Shown piece after piece: positions 9,788 to 19,694 of a DNA stretch of 64,000 bases. The stretch's first letter is position 1, and each line of letters opens with the position of its first letter. Below the pieces are notes generated by a model. The model ran no database searches and was not told where the DNA came from. It was given only the letters and a program-made list of their open reading frames with translations. The stretch lies in sequence record NC_027399.1; one strand, 5' to 3'. A program made the translations under genes and the position numbers.

Positions 9788-10518
9788 TAAATAAATCCTC
9801 CTTTGCGTAATAAGTCTCCACGCTTAAATGAATTGAGATTGAAATTCTTGGTAACATAATCCGATGTGGGTTGCTCTTCTAATTGGATAGTTACAGGGAC
9901 TTTGTGTGGAACCCATACTTCGTTTTGTTGATTCATATAACCATTACTTCTTAATTGATCAAAAAAAGTTCTGGTATCCGCATCACTTAAATTAAATGTA
10001 GTAGTGCTACTATCAACTGGAACCTGAATATAATCAACATCGTTGGTTAAAGAAAAATTATAACTTTTTAAAATAACAGGAATATCATTATATACATATC
10101 TTCCATAAGCACTTAGTAGTAAAATCGGTGGAGGTGCACCAGCAACAGCATAATCGTTATTACTACTCATAGCAGCCTGTCTACCAAAATCCATCAATGA
10201 TACGCTTCTTATGAAATGCATACATGCTAAAGTATACAGTGCTTCTGTTGGTGTATTACTAACGAACTCACCTTGAATATTAAAAATAGTATTACTCGTA
10301 TTTTTATAATTATTATAATTTGAATTTGAATGTACAGGTGATTGTGTTTCATAAACTACTGAACGTTGTTCAGTGATAGTTGGGGTAACATTCCATACTA
10401 AACCATTAGAACTTCTAAGAAAGGATAGTAACGTTGGTGTGGAAGCATCTCCATAATCACCGTATACATAATTCGCACCCGCATCCTTTGGTCTTAATCT
10501 TACACGGCGGTCAATCAT
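9787..10518 (-). CDS. Tail tube initiator / baseplate protein (gp48/gp54-like)
   Basis: TPTITEQRSVVY...HSN and GAPPPILLLSAYG..VYNDIPVILKSYNFSL..DVDYI tube-fold motifs; first gene of the baseplate operon. Confidence 0.65.
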   Translation of the reverse strand: MIDRRVRLRPKDAGANYVYGDYGDASTPTLLSFLRSSNGLVWNVTPTITEQRSVVYETQSPVHSNSNYNNYKNTSNTIFNIQGEFVSNTPTEALYTLACMHFIRSVSLMDFGRQAAMSSNNDYAVAGAPPPILLLSAYGRYVYNDIPVILKSYNFSLTNDVDYIQVPVDSSTTTFNLSDADTRTFFDQLRSNGYMNQQNEVWVPHKVPVTIQLEEQPTSDYVTKNFNLNSFKRGDLLRKGGFI

Positions 10519-10546
10519 TTTTATTTCTCCATTAGGACATTTATAA

Positions 10547-10554
10547 TATTTATA
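10547..10554 (-). promoter_or_regulatory. Late promoter (TATAAATA) for the baseplate operon
   Basis: Exact motif on the minus strand 29 nt upstream of the ATG at 10518. Confidence 0.7.
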
Positions 10555-10555
10555 T

Positions 10556-10585
10556 TTGAATAAAAACTATTTTTTGTACTATAAT
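10556..10585 (+). promoter_or_regulatory. Early/middle promoter TTGAAT-N18-TATAAT
   Basis: Upstream of gp55; belongs to a family of 10 similar sites (see findings). Confidence 0.6.
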
Positions 10586-10635
10586 ATATACAATGATCCA
10601 TATTATGGACAACGTGCAATCAAAAGGATTTGTAA

Positions 10636-11514
10636 ATGACACGCCCACGCAGAAAAAAATATCTCAATAATGCAGATCTATTGAGAGAAATTCAAAAAAG
10701 CAAAATGACATATTGTTCTGTAATAGATCCTATATACAATATGTATGATTTCATTGTTTTTGATGAATCAGAAATCGATGAAGAGATTCTACAAAAAGCA
10801 AAAACTGCAAGAATCAAACGTCTAAATAATGAAATCCTCGAAAATACAAGGAATGTTCTGAATTGTGGAACTAAAAAGGCTCGTGAACATTGCATTGAAC
10901 AGGATTTATTCTTAAAAGATGTACCAGATGATGAAGTTGTTATTAGAGTAATCACAAATGAACACATTCCAGAAGGAACACGTACAAATTTCGAAGCATT
11001 TAAGCAATATATTATCAGTACTGATGGTGAATTGATTGAAGTTGCTAGAAGTCACTGGAAAGGTGATTTTGAAACCGGAGAATTCACTGTTAATGGTGGT
11101 AAGTTAACTAATGAGCTTGGTAAAATGTTCATTAAGCTGGTTGAAGAGATTTCACATAAAGCTAATTTTAGAAATTATACATACTTAGATGAAATGCAAG
11201 GTGAAGCACGAATTCAGTTGGTAAAAAATGCTCTACTTTTCAAAGAAAGTATGTTGTACAAAAAAGATAAACCTACTAATCAACTAAATCCATTTTCTTA
11301 TTATACAAGTTTCGTAACTAATTCGTTTCGTTCTGTTCTTAATAGTGAAAAAACTGTTCGTAATATCCGAGATGATTTATTGGAAATCAACGGTTTCACT
11401 CCATCACATACACGTCAATTGGAAATTGAAGTACAAATGATTGAACGAAAGAAAGAAGAAGAACAGGAACAAGAAGAAGAGAAAAATATCGATGAAAACC
11501 GACATTTTATTTGA
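10636..11514 (+). CDS. gp55: Late transcription sigma factor, gp55-like
   Basis: KKYLNNADLLREI...ELGKMFIKLVEEISHKANFRNYTYLDEM...NPFSYYTSFVTNSFR. Confidence 0.85.
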   Translation: MTRPRRKKYLNNADLLREIQKSKMTYCSVIDPIYNMYDFIVFDESEIDEEILQKAKTARIKRLNNEILENTRNVLNCGTKKAREHCIEQDLFLKDVPDDEVVIRVITNEHIPEGTRTNFEAFKQYIISTDGELIEVARSHWKGDFETGEFTVNGGKLTNELGKMFIKLVEEISHKANFRNYTYLDEMQGEARIQLVKNALLFKESMLYKKDKPTNQLNPFSYYTSFVTNSFRSVLNSEKTVRNIRDDLLEINGFTPSHTRQLEIEVQMIERKKEEEQEQEEEKNIDENRHFI

Positions 11515-12532
11515 TAAAGCGATAACATTCACCGATATTCATTTCGGAATGAAGAATAACAGTAAACAACACAATGAAGATTGTGTTAATTTTGTCAAAT
11601 TTATGATTGAAGAAGCAAAAAAGAATGAAATAAGAGTTGCTATTTTCATGGGTGACTATTTTCACAACAGAAGCAATATTAATATTCAAACACTTAATTA
11701 TGGTCTTGAAGTTCTTCAGATGCTTAATGATAATTTTGATAAAGTTTATTTTATTGTAGGTAATCATGATATGTATCACAAAAATAAACGAGATATAACC
11801 AGTATTAATATGGCTAAAGTATACAATAATATTGTATTCATTAATGAAATTACAACAATTAAAGATTGTACTTTTATCCCGTTTATGATTGATGATGAAT
11901 ATAAACAACTACCGCATATTAAATCCAAATATGTATTTGGTCATCTGGAATTACCTGGATATTTGTTGAATAAAATGGTAGAAATGCCCGATTGTGGAAA
12001 AGAGAACGAAGATTCTTTCAGTTCATGTGAATATGTTTTTAGTGGACATTTTCACAAACGTCAGGCTAAATTAACCAGACATGGTACTAAAATTGTATAC
12101 ACTGGAAATTGTTTCCCTCATAACTTTTCTGATACATGGGACGATGCTCGTGGTGTTATGATTCTTGAACACGGAAAAGAACCACAATTTAAAGCATGGG
12201 AACACGCACCAAAATACAGAACATTCACATTATCTGAATTTTTGTCCAACCCACAATATTATGTCCAAAATGATACCATCAACAAAGTGTTAATTGATGT
12301 TAATATCAGTACTGATGAAATTAGTTTCATTCGTGAAATATTCAGTTCTCAATATAATATCAGAGAATTTAATGCTGTTGCTAATAAACAAAATATAAAA
12401 GAATTACTTGAATCTGAACAGGAATTTGAAAATACAGAATCAGTCGATGAAATTGTAATTCAACAAATTATGGAACTTGATAGTACAATGTTCGATAAAT
12501 CACTACTTATACAAATATATAATTCTTTATAA
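11492..12532 (+). CDS. gp47: Mre11/SbcD-like nuclease, gp47
   Basis: Metallophosphoesterase motifs DIHFG, GDYFH, GNHD, GHLE, SGHFH; start placed at the ATG at 11492 (MKTDILF). Confidence 0.9.
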   Translation: MKTDILFDKAITFTDIHFGMKNNSKQHNEDCVNFVKFMIEEAKKNEIRVAIFMGDYFHNRSNINIQTLNYGLEVLQMLNDNFDKVYFIVGNHDMYHKNKRDITSINMAKVYNNIVFINEITTIKDCTFIPFMIDDEYKQLPHIKSKYVFGHLELPGYLLNKMVEMPDCGKENEDSFSSCEYVFSGHFHKRQAKLTRHGTKIVYTGNCFPHNFSDTWDDARGVMILEHGKEPQFKAWEHAPKYRTFTLSEFLSNPQYYVQNDTINKVLIDVNISTDEISFIREIFSSQYNIREFNAVANKQNIKELLESEQEFENTESVDEIVIQQIMELDSTMFDKSLLIQIYNSL

Positions 12533-12541
12533 GGAAATAAA

Positions 12542-14686
12542 GTGTTAACATTTAAACGTATTACTATGCGAAATTTTTTCTCCTTTGGTAATGCACCACA
12601 AACAATTGATCTAGATAGTTCAGATATTACACTTGTTCTTGGTCAAAATAATGATGCAGTTATTGAAGGAAATGATAGTTCAGGAAGAAGAAATGGTGTT
12701 GGTAAATCCGCTATTATTCAGGGAATTGTTTTTGGTTTGTACGGAAAAAGTATTGCAAATGAAATTAAAATTCCCAATTTAGTGAATAAAATAAACGGAA
12801 AGAACTGTGAAGTAAAAATTGAATTTGAAAAAGATGGAATTTCTTATATTGTAGAACGTGGGCGTAATCCTGCGTTTTTTAATTTCATTAAACTCAGTGA
12901 TGATCAAATAAATGACGAAAGTCGTGGTGAAAAGAAAGATACACAAGAAGATTTAAATGAAATTTTGGGTATTTCACAATTTCTGTTTGAACACATTGTA
13001 GTGCTGAATGCTAACGTAGAACCTTTTCTTTCCATGTCTGCACAAAAACAACGTGATATGATCGAAGAACTTCTCGGTATTACACAATTAACCGAAAAAG
13101 CACAGCTTCTTAAAGATATGCAAAAGGAAACTAAGCGTTTAGCAGAGCAAGAACGTTTTAAAAATGAAACTATACAAGCAAGTAATGAACGAATTCAAAA
13201 AAGTATAGAAACTCTTCAGGAACAGGCAAATAAATTCGAAATTGACAAGTCAAACCGAATCAGTGAACTAGAAAAACAGATTGAAACCTATTCTGTTCTA
13301 AATTTCGAAGAACTATATGAACAAGCCAATATAAAAGAAGAATCATTAATTCATAATGCTAAGAAATCCAATTTAGAAAATCGCGTATCTGATTTAGTAC
13401 TTAAATATGAATCGTATAAACGAGATATTGAACATAATAAAGCAATACTAAAGATTAATATCGAACGCCTTCAACAAGTTGACATTGTAAGTGAATTAAA
13501 GAATCATGAAGAACTTGAATTGTGGAAACAACTTGAATCTATACTAAAAGAGAACATAACACAAAAGAATTATAAAGAACAAAAAATAAATTTATTAAAA
13601 AGTACGTTACAAAGTTCTAAATCTTCTCTTGAATTGGAAAAAAACAAACTAGATGTGGTACTCAATAGCAAATGCCCACTGTGTAAATCAAGTCTGGAGC
13701 ATAATGAGCATAGTTCTGATATTAAATCAAAAATTCTGAAAACAATTACTGATATTGAGAACTCGATATTAACTATTGAATATGATATTAGTATACTTCA
13801 TGAAGAAGTTGATTCAATTGACGTGTTTGATATGCCTCATAAACCAGAAACTGTGTATAATACACTTACTGAAGCACAAATGCATGAGCATAAGTTACAG
13901 GAGTTAATTAAACAGTACGAAATTGATCAAATCAATATTTTTGAATCAGAATTAATGTCATCATATGAAGAATTAAATTCTTTTGAACTAAAAGATGTAC
14001 CAGATGCACTAACCAAGACTGAAGTTCGTGAACTGGAACTTGCTTATGATTCATTAAAACAACAATTACAACGAGAATTTAGTACAGTAAACACATATAT
14101 TAGTCAAATTAACACACTTCAGAATGAATCCATTGTTGTGGTTAATTATGACTCTTATAATGAACTGGATAAGCTACAAAATCATCAAGATTTTATGGTT
14201 AAACTTCTTCTCAATAAAGATTCATACTTGAGAAAACGTATCATCGAACAAAATATTTCATTTTTAAACAACAGACTTCAGTACTATATTGATATGTGTG
14301 GTTCAGAGCACAATGTTAAGTTCTTGACTGATTTGAGTGTTGAAATTGAAAAGAATGACCAGTACTTTGACTATAAACAGCTTAGTCGCGGTGAACGTAC
14401 TCGTGTTAATATCGCACTGTCTTGTGCCTTCAGGGATACATATGAATCATTATATCAAAATATCAATTTAATTTGTTGTGATGAGGCATTAGAAACTGGC
14501 TTGGATGCTAGTGGTGTATTGAGAGCATGGATGATATTTCAGGACATGGCATCAATCAGAAATAAAAATGTCTTTGTTATTTCACACAGAGATGAACTTA
14601 TTTCAAAAACCGAAAATATCATGAAAGTTACTAAAGAGGATGGATTCAGTACTGTTCAGTACTGTACATTAGACGATATATATTAA
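12542..14686 (+). CDS. gp46: Rad50/SbcC-like ATPase, gp46
   Basis: Walker A NGVGKS, coiled coils, CPLC zinc hook, LSRGE signature, CCDE Walker B, ISHR. Confidence 0.92.
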   Translation: MLTFKRITMRNFFSFGNAPQTIDLDSSDITLVLGQNNDAVIEGNDSSGRRNGVGKSAIIQGIVFGLYGKSIANEIKIPNLVNKINGKNCEVKIEFEKDGISYIVERGRNPAFFNFIKLSDDQINDESRGEKKDTQEDLNEILGISQFLFEHIVVLNANVEPFLSMSAQKQRDMIEELLGITQLTEKAQLLKDMQKETKRLAEQERFKNETIQASNERIQKSIETLQEQANKFEIDKSNRISELEKQIETYSVLNFEELYEQANIKEESLIHNAKKSNLENRVSDLVLKYESYKRDIEHNKAILKINIERLQQVDIVSELKNHEELELWKQLESILKENITQKNYKEQKINLLKSTLQSSKSSLELEKNKLDVVLNSKCPLCKSSLEHNEHSSDIKSKILKTITDIENSILTIEYDISILHEEVDSIDVFDMPHKPETVYNTLTEAQMHEHKLQELIKQYEIDQINIFESELMSSYEELNSFELKDVPDALTKTEVRELELAYDSLKQQLQREFSTVNTYISQINTLQNESIVVVNYDSYNELDKLQNHQDFMVKLLLNKDSYLRKRIIEQNISFLNNRLQYYIDMCGSEHNVKFLTDLSVEIEKNDQYFDYKQLSRGERTRVNIALSCAFRDTYESLYQNINLICCDEALETGLDASGVLRAWMIFQDMASIRNKNVFVISHRDELISKTENIMKVTKEDGFSTVQYCTLDDIY

Positions 14687-14717
14687 AAAAAGGGGAGCAT
14701 ATTAGCTCCCCTTTTTT
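14685..14717. terminator. Bidirectional terminator between gp46 and the convergent nuclease gene
   Basis: AAAAAAAGGGGAGC-atatta-GCTCCCCTTTTTT. Confidence 0.8.
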
Positions 14718-15733
14718 ATTATTGTCATAATTTCATTCAACGATGCAGGTGATACGGTTTCAGTCCACCCATCACCGAATAATTCTTTTGTTAAGTGTCT
14801 TGCTTTTATGGTTCTTTTTATTTCTTTTTCTATGTTAAATGCATCATTACAATTTTCATATACTTTGTGGTATACAACATTCAATTTGTACTTACATTTA
14901 TTTTTATATGAACCCATTCTGTGTTTGATATTCTTTGTTATACCGAATTTATAACCAACTATATTATTATAATCATCAGATACTTCTAAAATGTATATAC
15001 CTGAACTAAAATCAGAAGATTTATAACCATTTTTGTAACTAACAGAATTACACAAAGGACACCCTTTATCTCGCATAAAATTGTCATATGTCATAGACCA
15101 TGTATAATTGCATTTACAAGTTAAAATGACTTTACTAAAAACACCATTAAAGTTCTTTTCATCTATTAATTCAAATTTAATGCCAGTTTCTTTGCTTTTA
15201 ATTTTTAAATTCTCATTTAATTCATTTATACTGTATTTGTGAGTACCTGAACATTTCAAACAACCAATATTATTACTGAAAAATGAATCATAAGTGGTAG
15301 TATTCCATTCGTATGCTTCAGAATGTTTAGTATTGTCATTGCATTTTAGTTTTAAATATGTTTTTGTTTTATTATATTCATCAAACCCGAGGAATTCCAG
15401 TGTCCCACCTCGTTTAATGCATTCATTTTCCACATTTTGAATTAAAATTTCAGGTGTTAACTTATTCAATGAAGGCTTTCTGAACTTTTTTGATTCTATA
15501 TTTCTCAGATATCTATATAATTTGTTAATTCTGTAATTATTATAAGTTATATTATCATGTGTTATTGAAGTAAGTGTATTATTACCTAACCATTTTTCTT
15601 CAATAATGAATCCATTGAATTTTATATTAAATTTGGATAACCTTTTCGATAAATCGTTGAAATATTCCCATGGAGTTCTGGAATTATAGTTAACGTGAAC
15701 TAAAATAATATCATCTGGTAAAGATATTATCAT
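14702..15733 (-). CDS. Putative homing endonuclease: 2 Zn-repeats plus a GIY-YIG/T5orf172-type domain
   Basis: GIYILE...YKFGIT...HR...E...GDGWTET C-terminal domain; repeats ending GCLKC and GCPLC. Confidence 0.7.
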   Translation of the reverse strand: MIISLPDDIILVHVNYNSRTPWEYFNDLSKRLSKFNIKFNGFIIEEKWLGNNTLTSITHDNITYNNYRINKLYRYLRNIESKKFRKPSLNKLTPEILIQNVENECIKRGGTLEFLGFDEYNKTKTYLKLKCNDNTKHSEAYEWNTTTYDSFFSNNIGCLKCSGTHKYSINELNENLKIKSKETGIKFELIDEKNFNGVFSKVILTCKCNYTWSMTYDNFMRDKGCPLCNSVSYKNGYKSSDFSSGIYILEVSDDYNNIVGYKFGITKNIKHRMGSYKNKCKYKLNVVYHKVYENCNDAFNIEKEIKRTIKARHLTKELFGDGWTETVSPASLNEIMTIIKKGS

Positions 15734-16224
15734 TTTTGATCTCTTTTTATATCATTCATATTCAATTGACCACTTTGTATTAGCTTTCTGGCTTGTTTGG
15801 AACGTTCTTTGATGTTACTACCGGGTACTAACCCCAAATCACTAAGAATTTCGCTCTGTTGGTTTGCTGGAAGTCGTTTGAAGCGATTTACATCAACGGT
15901 AAGTGCCGTGTGATGTATAACTTGTTCATCTGGTGAAACAGAATCGTGGTATTCCAGATAATCTGCTAAATTTCTCAATACTTCGTATAACGGTTTATCC
16001 GTTAAATGCTTACAATATTGGTGGAAGCTATTATAAACTTTACCTTCGAACGCATTCACCTCATTTTGTAATACTCCCCTGCAACTCTGTGTATCATAAT
16101 GTCTGTGGTCAAGAACGGGTCTTATTATTTTAATTCCAATAATTGGATCAATACCATTTTGTTCCTTCAGTTTTCCATTTCTATATTTGGCAGCTTCATT
16201 GCTATTTTTTAATCTACGTTTCAT
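15730..16224 (-). CDS. gp49: Recombination endonuclease VII, gp49-like
   Basis: PVLDHRH...CRGVL..EVNAFEGKV...LRNLADYL His-Me motif. Confidence 0.8.
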   Translation of the reverse strand: MKRRLKNSNEAAKYRNGKLKEQNGIDPIIGIKIIRPVLDHRHYDTQSCRGVLQNEVNAFEGKVYNSFHQYCKHLTDKPLYEVLRNLADYLEYHDSVSPDEQVIHHTALTVDVNRFKRLPANQQSEILSDLGLVPGSNIKERSKQARKLIQSGQLNMNDIKRDQK

Positions 16225-16349
16225 GATATAATCTCTTATATTATATATCTAATAAATTTATTTACTTCAATAAATACCTATGTAAATAATCTTTCTGTAT
16301 AATGCATAATTCAATACATAATTTCTTGATACGTTAGATACGGAATAGC

Positions 16350-16385
16350 AAAATAGGTCAGTACTTTTCAGTACTGACCTATTTT
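16350..16385. terminator. Perfect 16-bp hairpin, likely terminator of the gp26/gp51 transcript
   Basis: AAAATAGGTCAGTACT-tttc-AGTACTGACCTATTTT. Confidence 0.75.
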
Positions 16386-16394
16386 TTTCTGATT

Positions 16395-16610
16395 TTATCG
16401 CCCCTCATTTTGTTTACGGACTTTCTTGTTGTATGCTTTAACCATCAAGTCTCGTTCAGTTACTGGCATATTAAGTAACATTTCATACGAGGTATTATCA
16501 ATATATACAGCAGCTTCCATTAATGCTTGTTTAATTTCTTGCTGATTAAACTCTATGTCTCGTATGTATTTTTCTATTTCAGTTGCCTCTAACTGGAGAA
16601 GCTGAGATCG
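16395..16610 (-). CDS. gp51-like baseplate/tail assembly ORF with no proper start, predicted -1 frameshift extension of gp26
   Basis: Hand translation: RSQLLQLEATEIEKYIRDIEFNQQEIKQALMEAAVYIDNTSYEMLLNMPVTERDLMVKAYNKKVRKQNEGR*. Not in the ORF track; an in-frame TGA lies 4 codons upstream of the slippery site. Confidence 0.7.
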   Translation of the reverse strand, partial: RSQLLQLEATEIEKYIRDIEFNQQEIKQALMEAAVYIDNTSYEMLLNMPVTERDLMVKAYNKKVRKQNEGR

Positions 16611-17449
16611 AAAAAACGGGTAATATCATACACCAAATCTTCAATAACCCATTCATGATTACATTCACTACATTCAACCTGCATCGTGTGTTCAACACCA
16701 GTATTTTGCATTGTGTTGATTTCATCCTGAATAGTTTTAAGAACGTCTTTTGACTGATCTCCTACCCATTCTGAAATAAATTCTCGTTCAGTCACTTCAT
16801 CCCCGTCTGGAGTGATAATTTTAGAGATACTATAAACAATACCGTCGAAGTTAATTTTAGTGATAGGTTCAAAAATATCAGAAATGAATAGTTTTGCTCG
16901 GTCTTCATCACTTAACGACTCATCTAAATCGAGATATTTGGATTTGGACTGAATATTGAACATTCGCTCATTTATATCACATTGTTCTTTCCATGTAAGT
17001 GGTTTAAGTTCAATACTTAATCCATTATTTAAAACTACAGTAGGGATTTCTTTAATATATTTTACTGTATTCAATAGCACATTCAAATCACGTTCGATAC
17101 GACCTTCATGGTCACATTCGGGACATTTTACATTAATATCATAAGTATATTCTTTGGTTGCAACTTTAATTGCAATAAGCAGTTGTTCGATATCATTGAT
17201 GTATAATTCATCTGCATTAAGGACGTTCGGGCAGCAATTTTCAATAACTCGTGATACCGCATCCCCGGACATAAGCATATCAGGAGTATTCAGTACTATT
17301 TCATCACGAGCACTGCGAGCACATACCCCAACTTTAATACCTTTATTTCCTAATACACCATCGGGATATTTAATTACATCATTTGAAATAAGTTTAGCAC
17401 TAAGTACTTCAATTTTTGTGTACTTGGCTAGTGGGTTCATCTTACTCAT
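16589..17449 (-). CDS. gp26: Baseplate hub assembly protein, gp26-like
   Basis: NPLAKY...TARDEI-like SARDEIVLNTPDMLMSG...DIEQLLIAIKVAT, CPEC and CSEC pairs, terminal FF; GGAG RBS before the ATG at 17449. Confidence 0.8.
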   Translation of the reverse strand: MSKMNPLAKYTKIEVLSAKLISNDVIKYPDGVLGNKGIKVGVCARSARDEIVLNTPDMLMSGDAVSRVIENCCPNVLNADELYINDIEQLLIAIKVATKEYTYDINVKCPECDHEGRIERDLNVLLNTVKYIKEIPTVVLNNGLSIELKPLTWKEQCDINERMFNIQSKSKYLDLDESLSDEDRAKLFISDIFEPITKINFDGIVYSISKIITPDGDEVTEREFISEWVGDQSKDVLKTIQDEINTMQNTGVEHTMQVECSECNHEWVIEDLVYDITRFFDLSFSS

Positions 17450-17491
17450 AAAGACTCCAATCAATGAACAAAATAAATAATCTATATGACA

Positions 17492-17503
17492 TATTTATAA
17501 ATG
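17492..17503. promoter_or_regulatory. Overlapping divergent late promoters
   Basis: TATAAATA (minus, 17499-17492) and TATAAATG (plus, 17496-17503) between gp26 and the tape measure gene. Confidence 0.6.
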
Positions 17504-17519
17504 TTTAAAAGGATAAAAA

Positions 17520-19682
17520 ATGGCTGGTACAAGTACGGATTATCTATTACAACAATTGTTAACCAGTAATGAAAAAGCTAATGATAATTTATCTGCGATG
17601 AGAGATTTATTATCAGAAAATTTGAAAAAAAACGGTTCAAATAATAACAATAATAATAATCCAGGAAACGGAAATAATAGAAGAAAGAAAGAAAAGATAT
17701 CATTAAATGATGCTTTAAAAAATATATCCAGAGATGTTAGTGGATTTAGTAGAACTCTCATTAACGGTAGTGCGGATGTTGGAACTGTTACGAATTCGCT
17801 TGGTACCGGAATGAGTAGTGTAATCGGTACATTAGGAAAGGCTGTTCCAGCTATTAGTGGTGTAACTACTGCATTCCAGTTACTAATTGAAGCAGGACTA
17901 TCTGTTTATAATTATCTAAATCAACAACTGGAAATGTATAATAAAATTAATTCCAGTGGTGTTAGTTTATCAAATGGTATGAACTCTATTCGTACTGGTA
18001 GTGCTAATGCGTTAATGAGTATGGACAAATTCGGTAATTCCGTAGTAAAACATGCTGGTGTTATTGCACAATTAAATGGTATATACGGTGATGGTGTTAA
18101 GGAATATGGTGATTTGCTTGGAACATTACAATTAGCACAGGATAAAATAGGTATATATGGTGTATCACAGGAACAAATGGCAGACTTAACCGCGAGGAAT
18201 ATTAAATTCCAGAAACAATTTGGTGGTGCAGAATTAATTAGACAAACTAACCAGGAAAAAAGCACACAAGAATTTATTAAAAATATGACAACTTTTAGTA
18301 AATCAATGGGTGAATCAGTTGATGCAATTTTAAAGAAAACTCAGGATTTTGATAATTCACTTGATGCTCGTGGTTTAGAAGCTGCATTGGAAAACTGGGC
18401 TGGATTAAGTAATAAAGCTGCTACATTAACTACTGATGCATTTATTCAAGCTGCTGCCGGTATGGGTGACGCAGGAAAATCTTTTTTTAAAATAATTTCA
18501 TCACAAGCTGTAACTGGTGCATTACCTACTGAATATATGACTGGTGTTATTGCAGAATTTGCCGAAGAAAACAAAAAAATGTTTATGGGTGGTATTACTG
18601 ATGCAAAGGAAATACGCTCAGCTAACATCAAATGGGTTAGAATGCATAAAGATCAGATTAAGCGTGACATGATGAACCAGATACAACTTGGAAACATCGA
18701 AGCTGCTAACTTCAACCGAAATCTTCTTGATCTGGAAGCGTCTGCAAATGATCCAAAAAATGGACCAAAACAACGTTTAGAGGAATTAACTAATAGATTT
18801 AATAATTGGATTAGTAATACATTTATAAAGCCATTTAATCTTTTAATGGATGCTGGGGTTACATGGTTATTAGATATTTCAGATCAAACAACATCATTTA
18901 ACCAATTTATATCTACTGTATTCAGTCAGGGAATCGACAAAATAATGAGTATGGTAACTAACTTTTTTAAGAACTTTCCAGTACTTAGTGATATAGGAAA
19001 AACTTTATTCGGTGATTCTTATAATACATTGGTTGATAATGTTGGTGGTTTTATTGGTAATTTAGTAAAAATACCTATACAACTGATATCAGTTGTAACC
19101 GATATATGGAATGGTAATTTAGCTGGTGCAAGGGAAACTGTACAAAATGCAATTGCTTCATTTAAACAGAATTTCTTGGGTATGTGGGAAGGTATAAAAG
19201 ATATCAAATTCAGTTTCAGTGACGTTAAAGACCGCTTGGTTAATATTGTAGAAACACTAAAAAATAAATTAATTAATGCATTTGACATTCTTAAATATGT
19301 TTTCGGTGTCAGTGATGAAATGCCAAAAACTGAAAATACAAAAACACCAAGTGCTGAAAAACCAAAAAATGAAAACATAAATACACCCAGTAACAGTAAA
19401 CCGACTGTTAATGATAATAACAGAAAACAACCACAAGTTGATCAAAATGCTTCTAATTATACCCCACCAACTCGTGTGGATGAAGCTCAAGATAATTACA
19501 AAAAATCTCCTGATGATGAAAAAGTTGATAATAATTTACAACCAGTAAATTACGATGAATCAATGGTTGAATTATTAGGACGTGTAACATCTGCGTTAGA
19601 AAAAGCTAACGAATACAATGTACAGAATTCAAATTATCTTAGAACTATATCTGATAATACTCAAATACAACGTAATAGTTAA
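17520..19682 (+). CDS. Putative tape measure / gp29-like tail protein
   Basis: 720 aa, helical Ala/Gly/Gln-rich, with F/W-spaced repeats in the C-terminal half; lies between gp26 and the portal. Confidence 0.6.
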   Translation: MAGTSTDYLLQQLLTSNEKANDNLSAMRDLLSENLKKNGSNNNNNNNPGNGNNRRKKEKISLNDALKNISRDVSGFSRTLINGSADVGTVTNSLGTGMSSVIGTLGKAVPAISGVTTAFQLLIEAGLSVYNYLNQQLEMYNKINSSGVSLSNGMNSIRTGSANALMSMDKFGNSVVKHAGVIAQLNGIYGDGVKEYGDLLGTLQLAQDKIGIYGVSQEQMADLTARNIKFQKQFGGAELIRQTNQEKSTQEFIKNMTTFSKSMGESVDAILKKTQDFDNSLDARGLEAALENWAGLSNKAATLTTDAFIQAAAGMGDAGKSFFKIISSQAVTGALPTEYMTGVIAEFAEENKKMFMGGITDAKEIRSANIKWVRMHKDQIKRDMMNQIQLGNIEAANFNRNLLDLEASANDPKNGPKQRLEELTNRFNNWISNTFIKPFNLLMDAGVTWLLDISDQTTSFNQFISTVFSQGIDKIMSMVTNFFKNFPVLSDIGKTLFGDSYNTLVDNVGGFIGNLVKIPIQLISVVTDIWNGNLAGARETVQNAIASFKQNFLGMWEGIKDIKFSFSDVKDRLVNIVETLKNKLINAFDILKYVFGVSDEMPKTENTKTPSAEKPKNENINTPSNSKPTVNDNNRKQPQVDQNASNYTPPTRVDEAQDNYKKSPDDEKVDNNLQPVNYDESMVELLGRVTSALEKANEYNVQNSNYLRTISDNTQIQRNS

Positions 19683-19694
19683 GGAAGTTAATAA

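Noticed and set aside
17636-17670. (AAT)n poly-Asn tract in the tape measure gene, and the (CAA)n poly-Gln tract near 59670
   Set aside because: Short, imperfect low-complexity coding runs, expected in an AT-rich genome.
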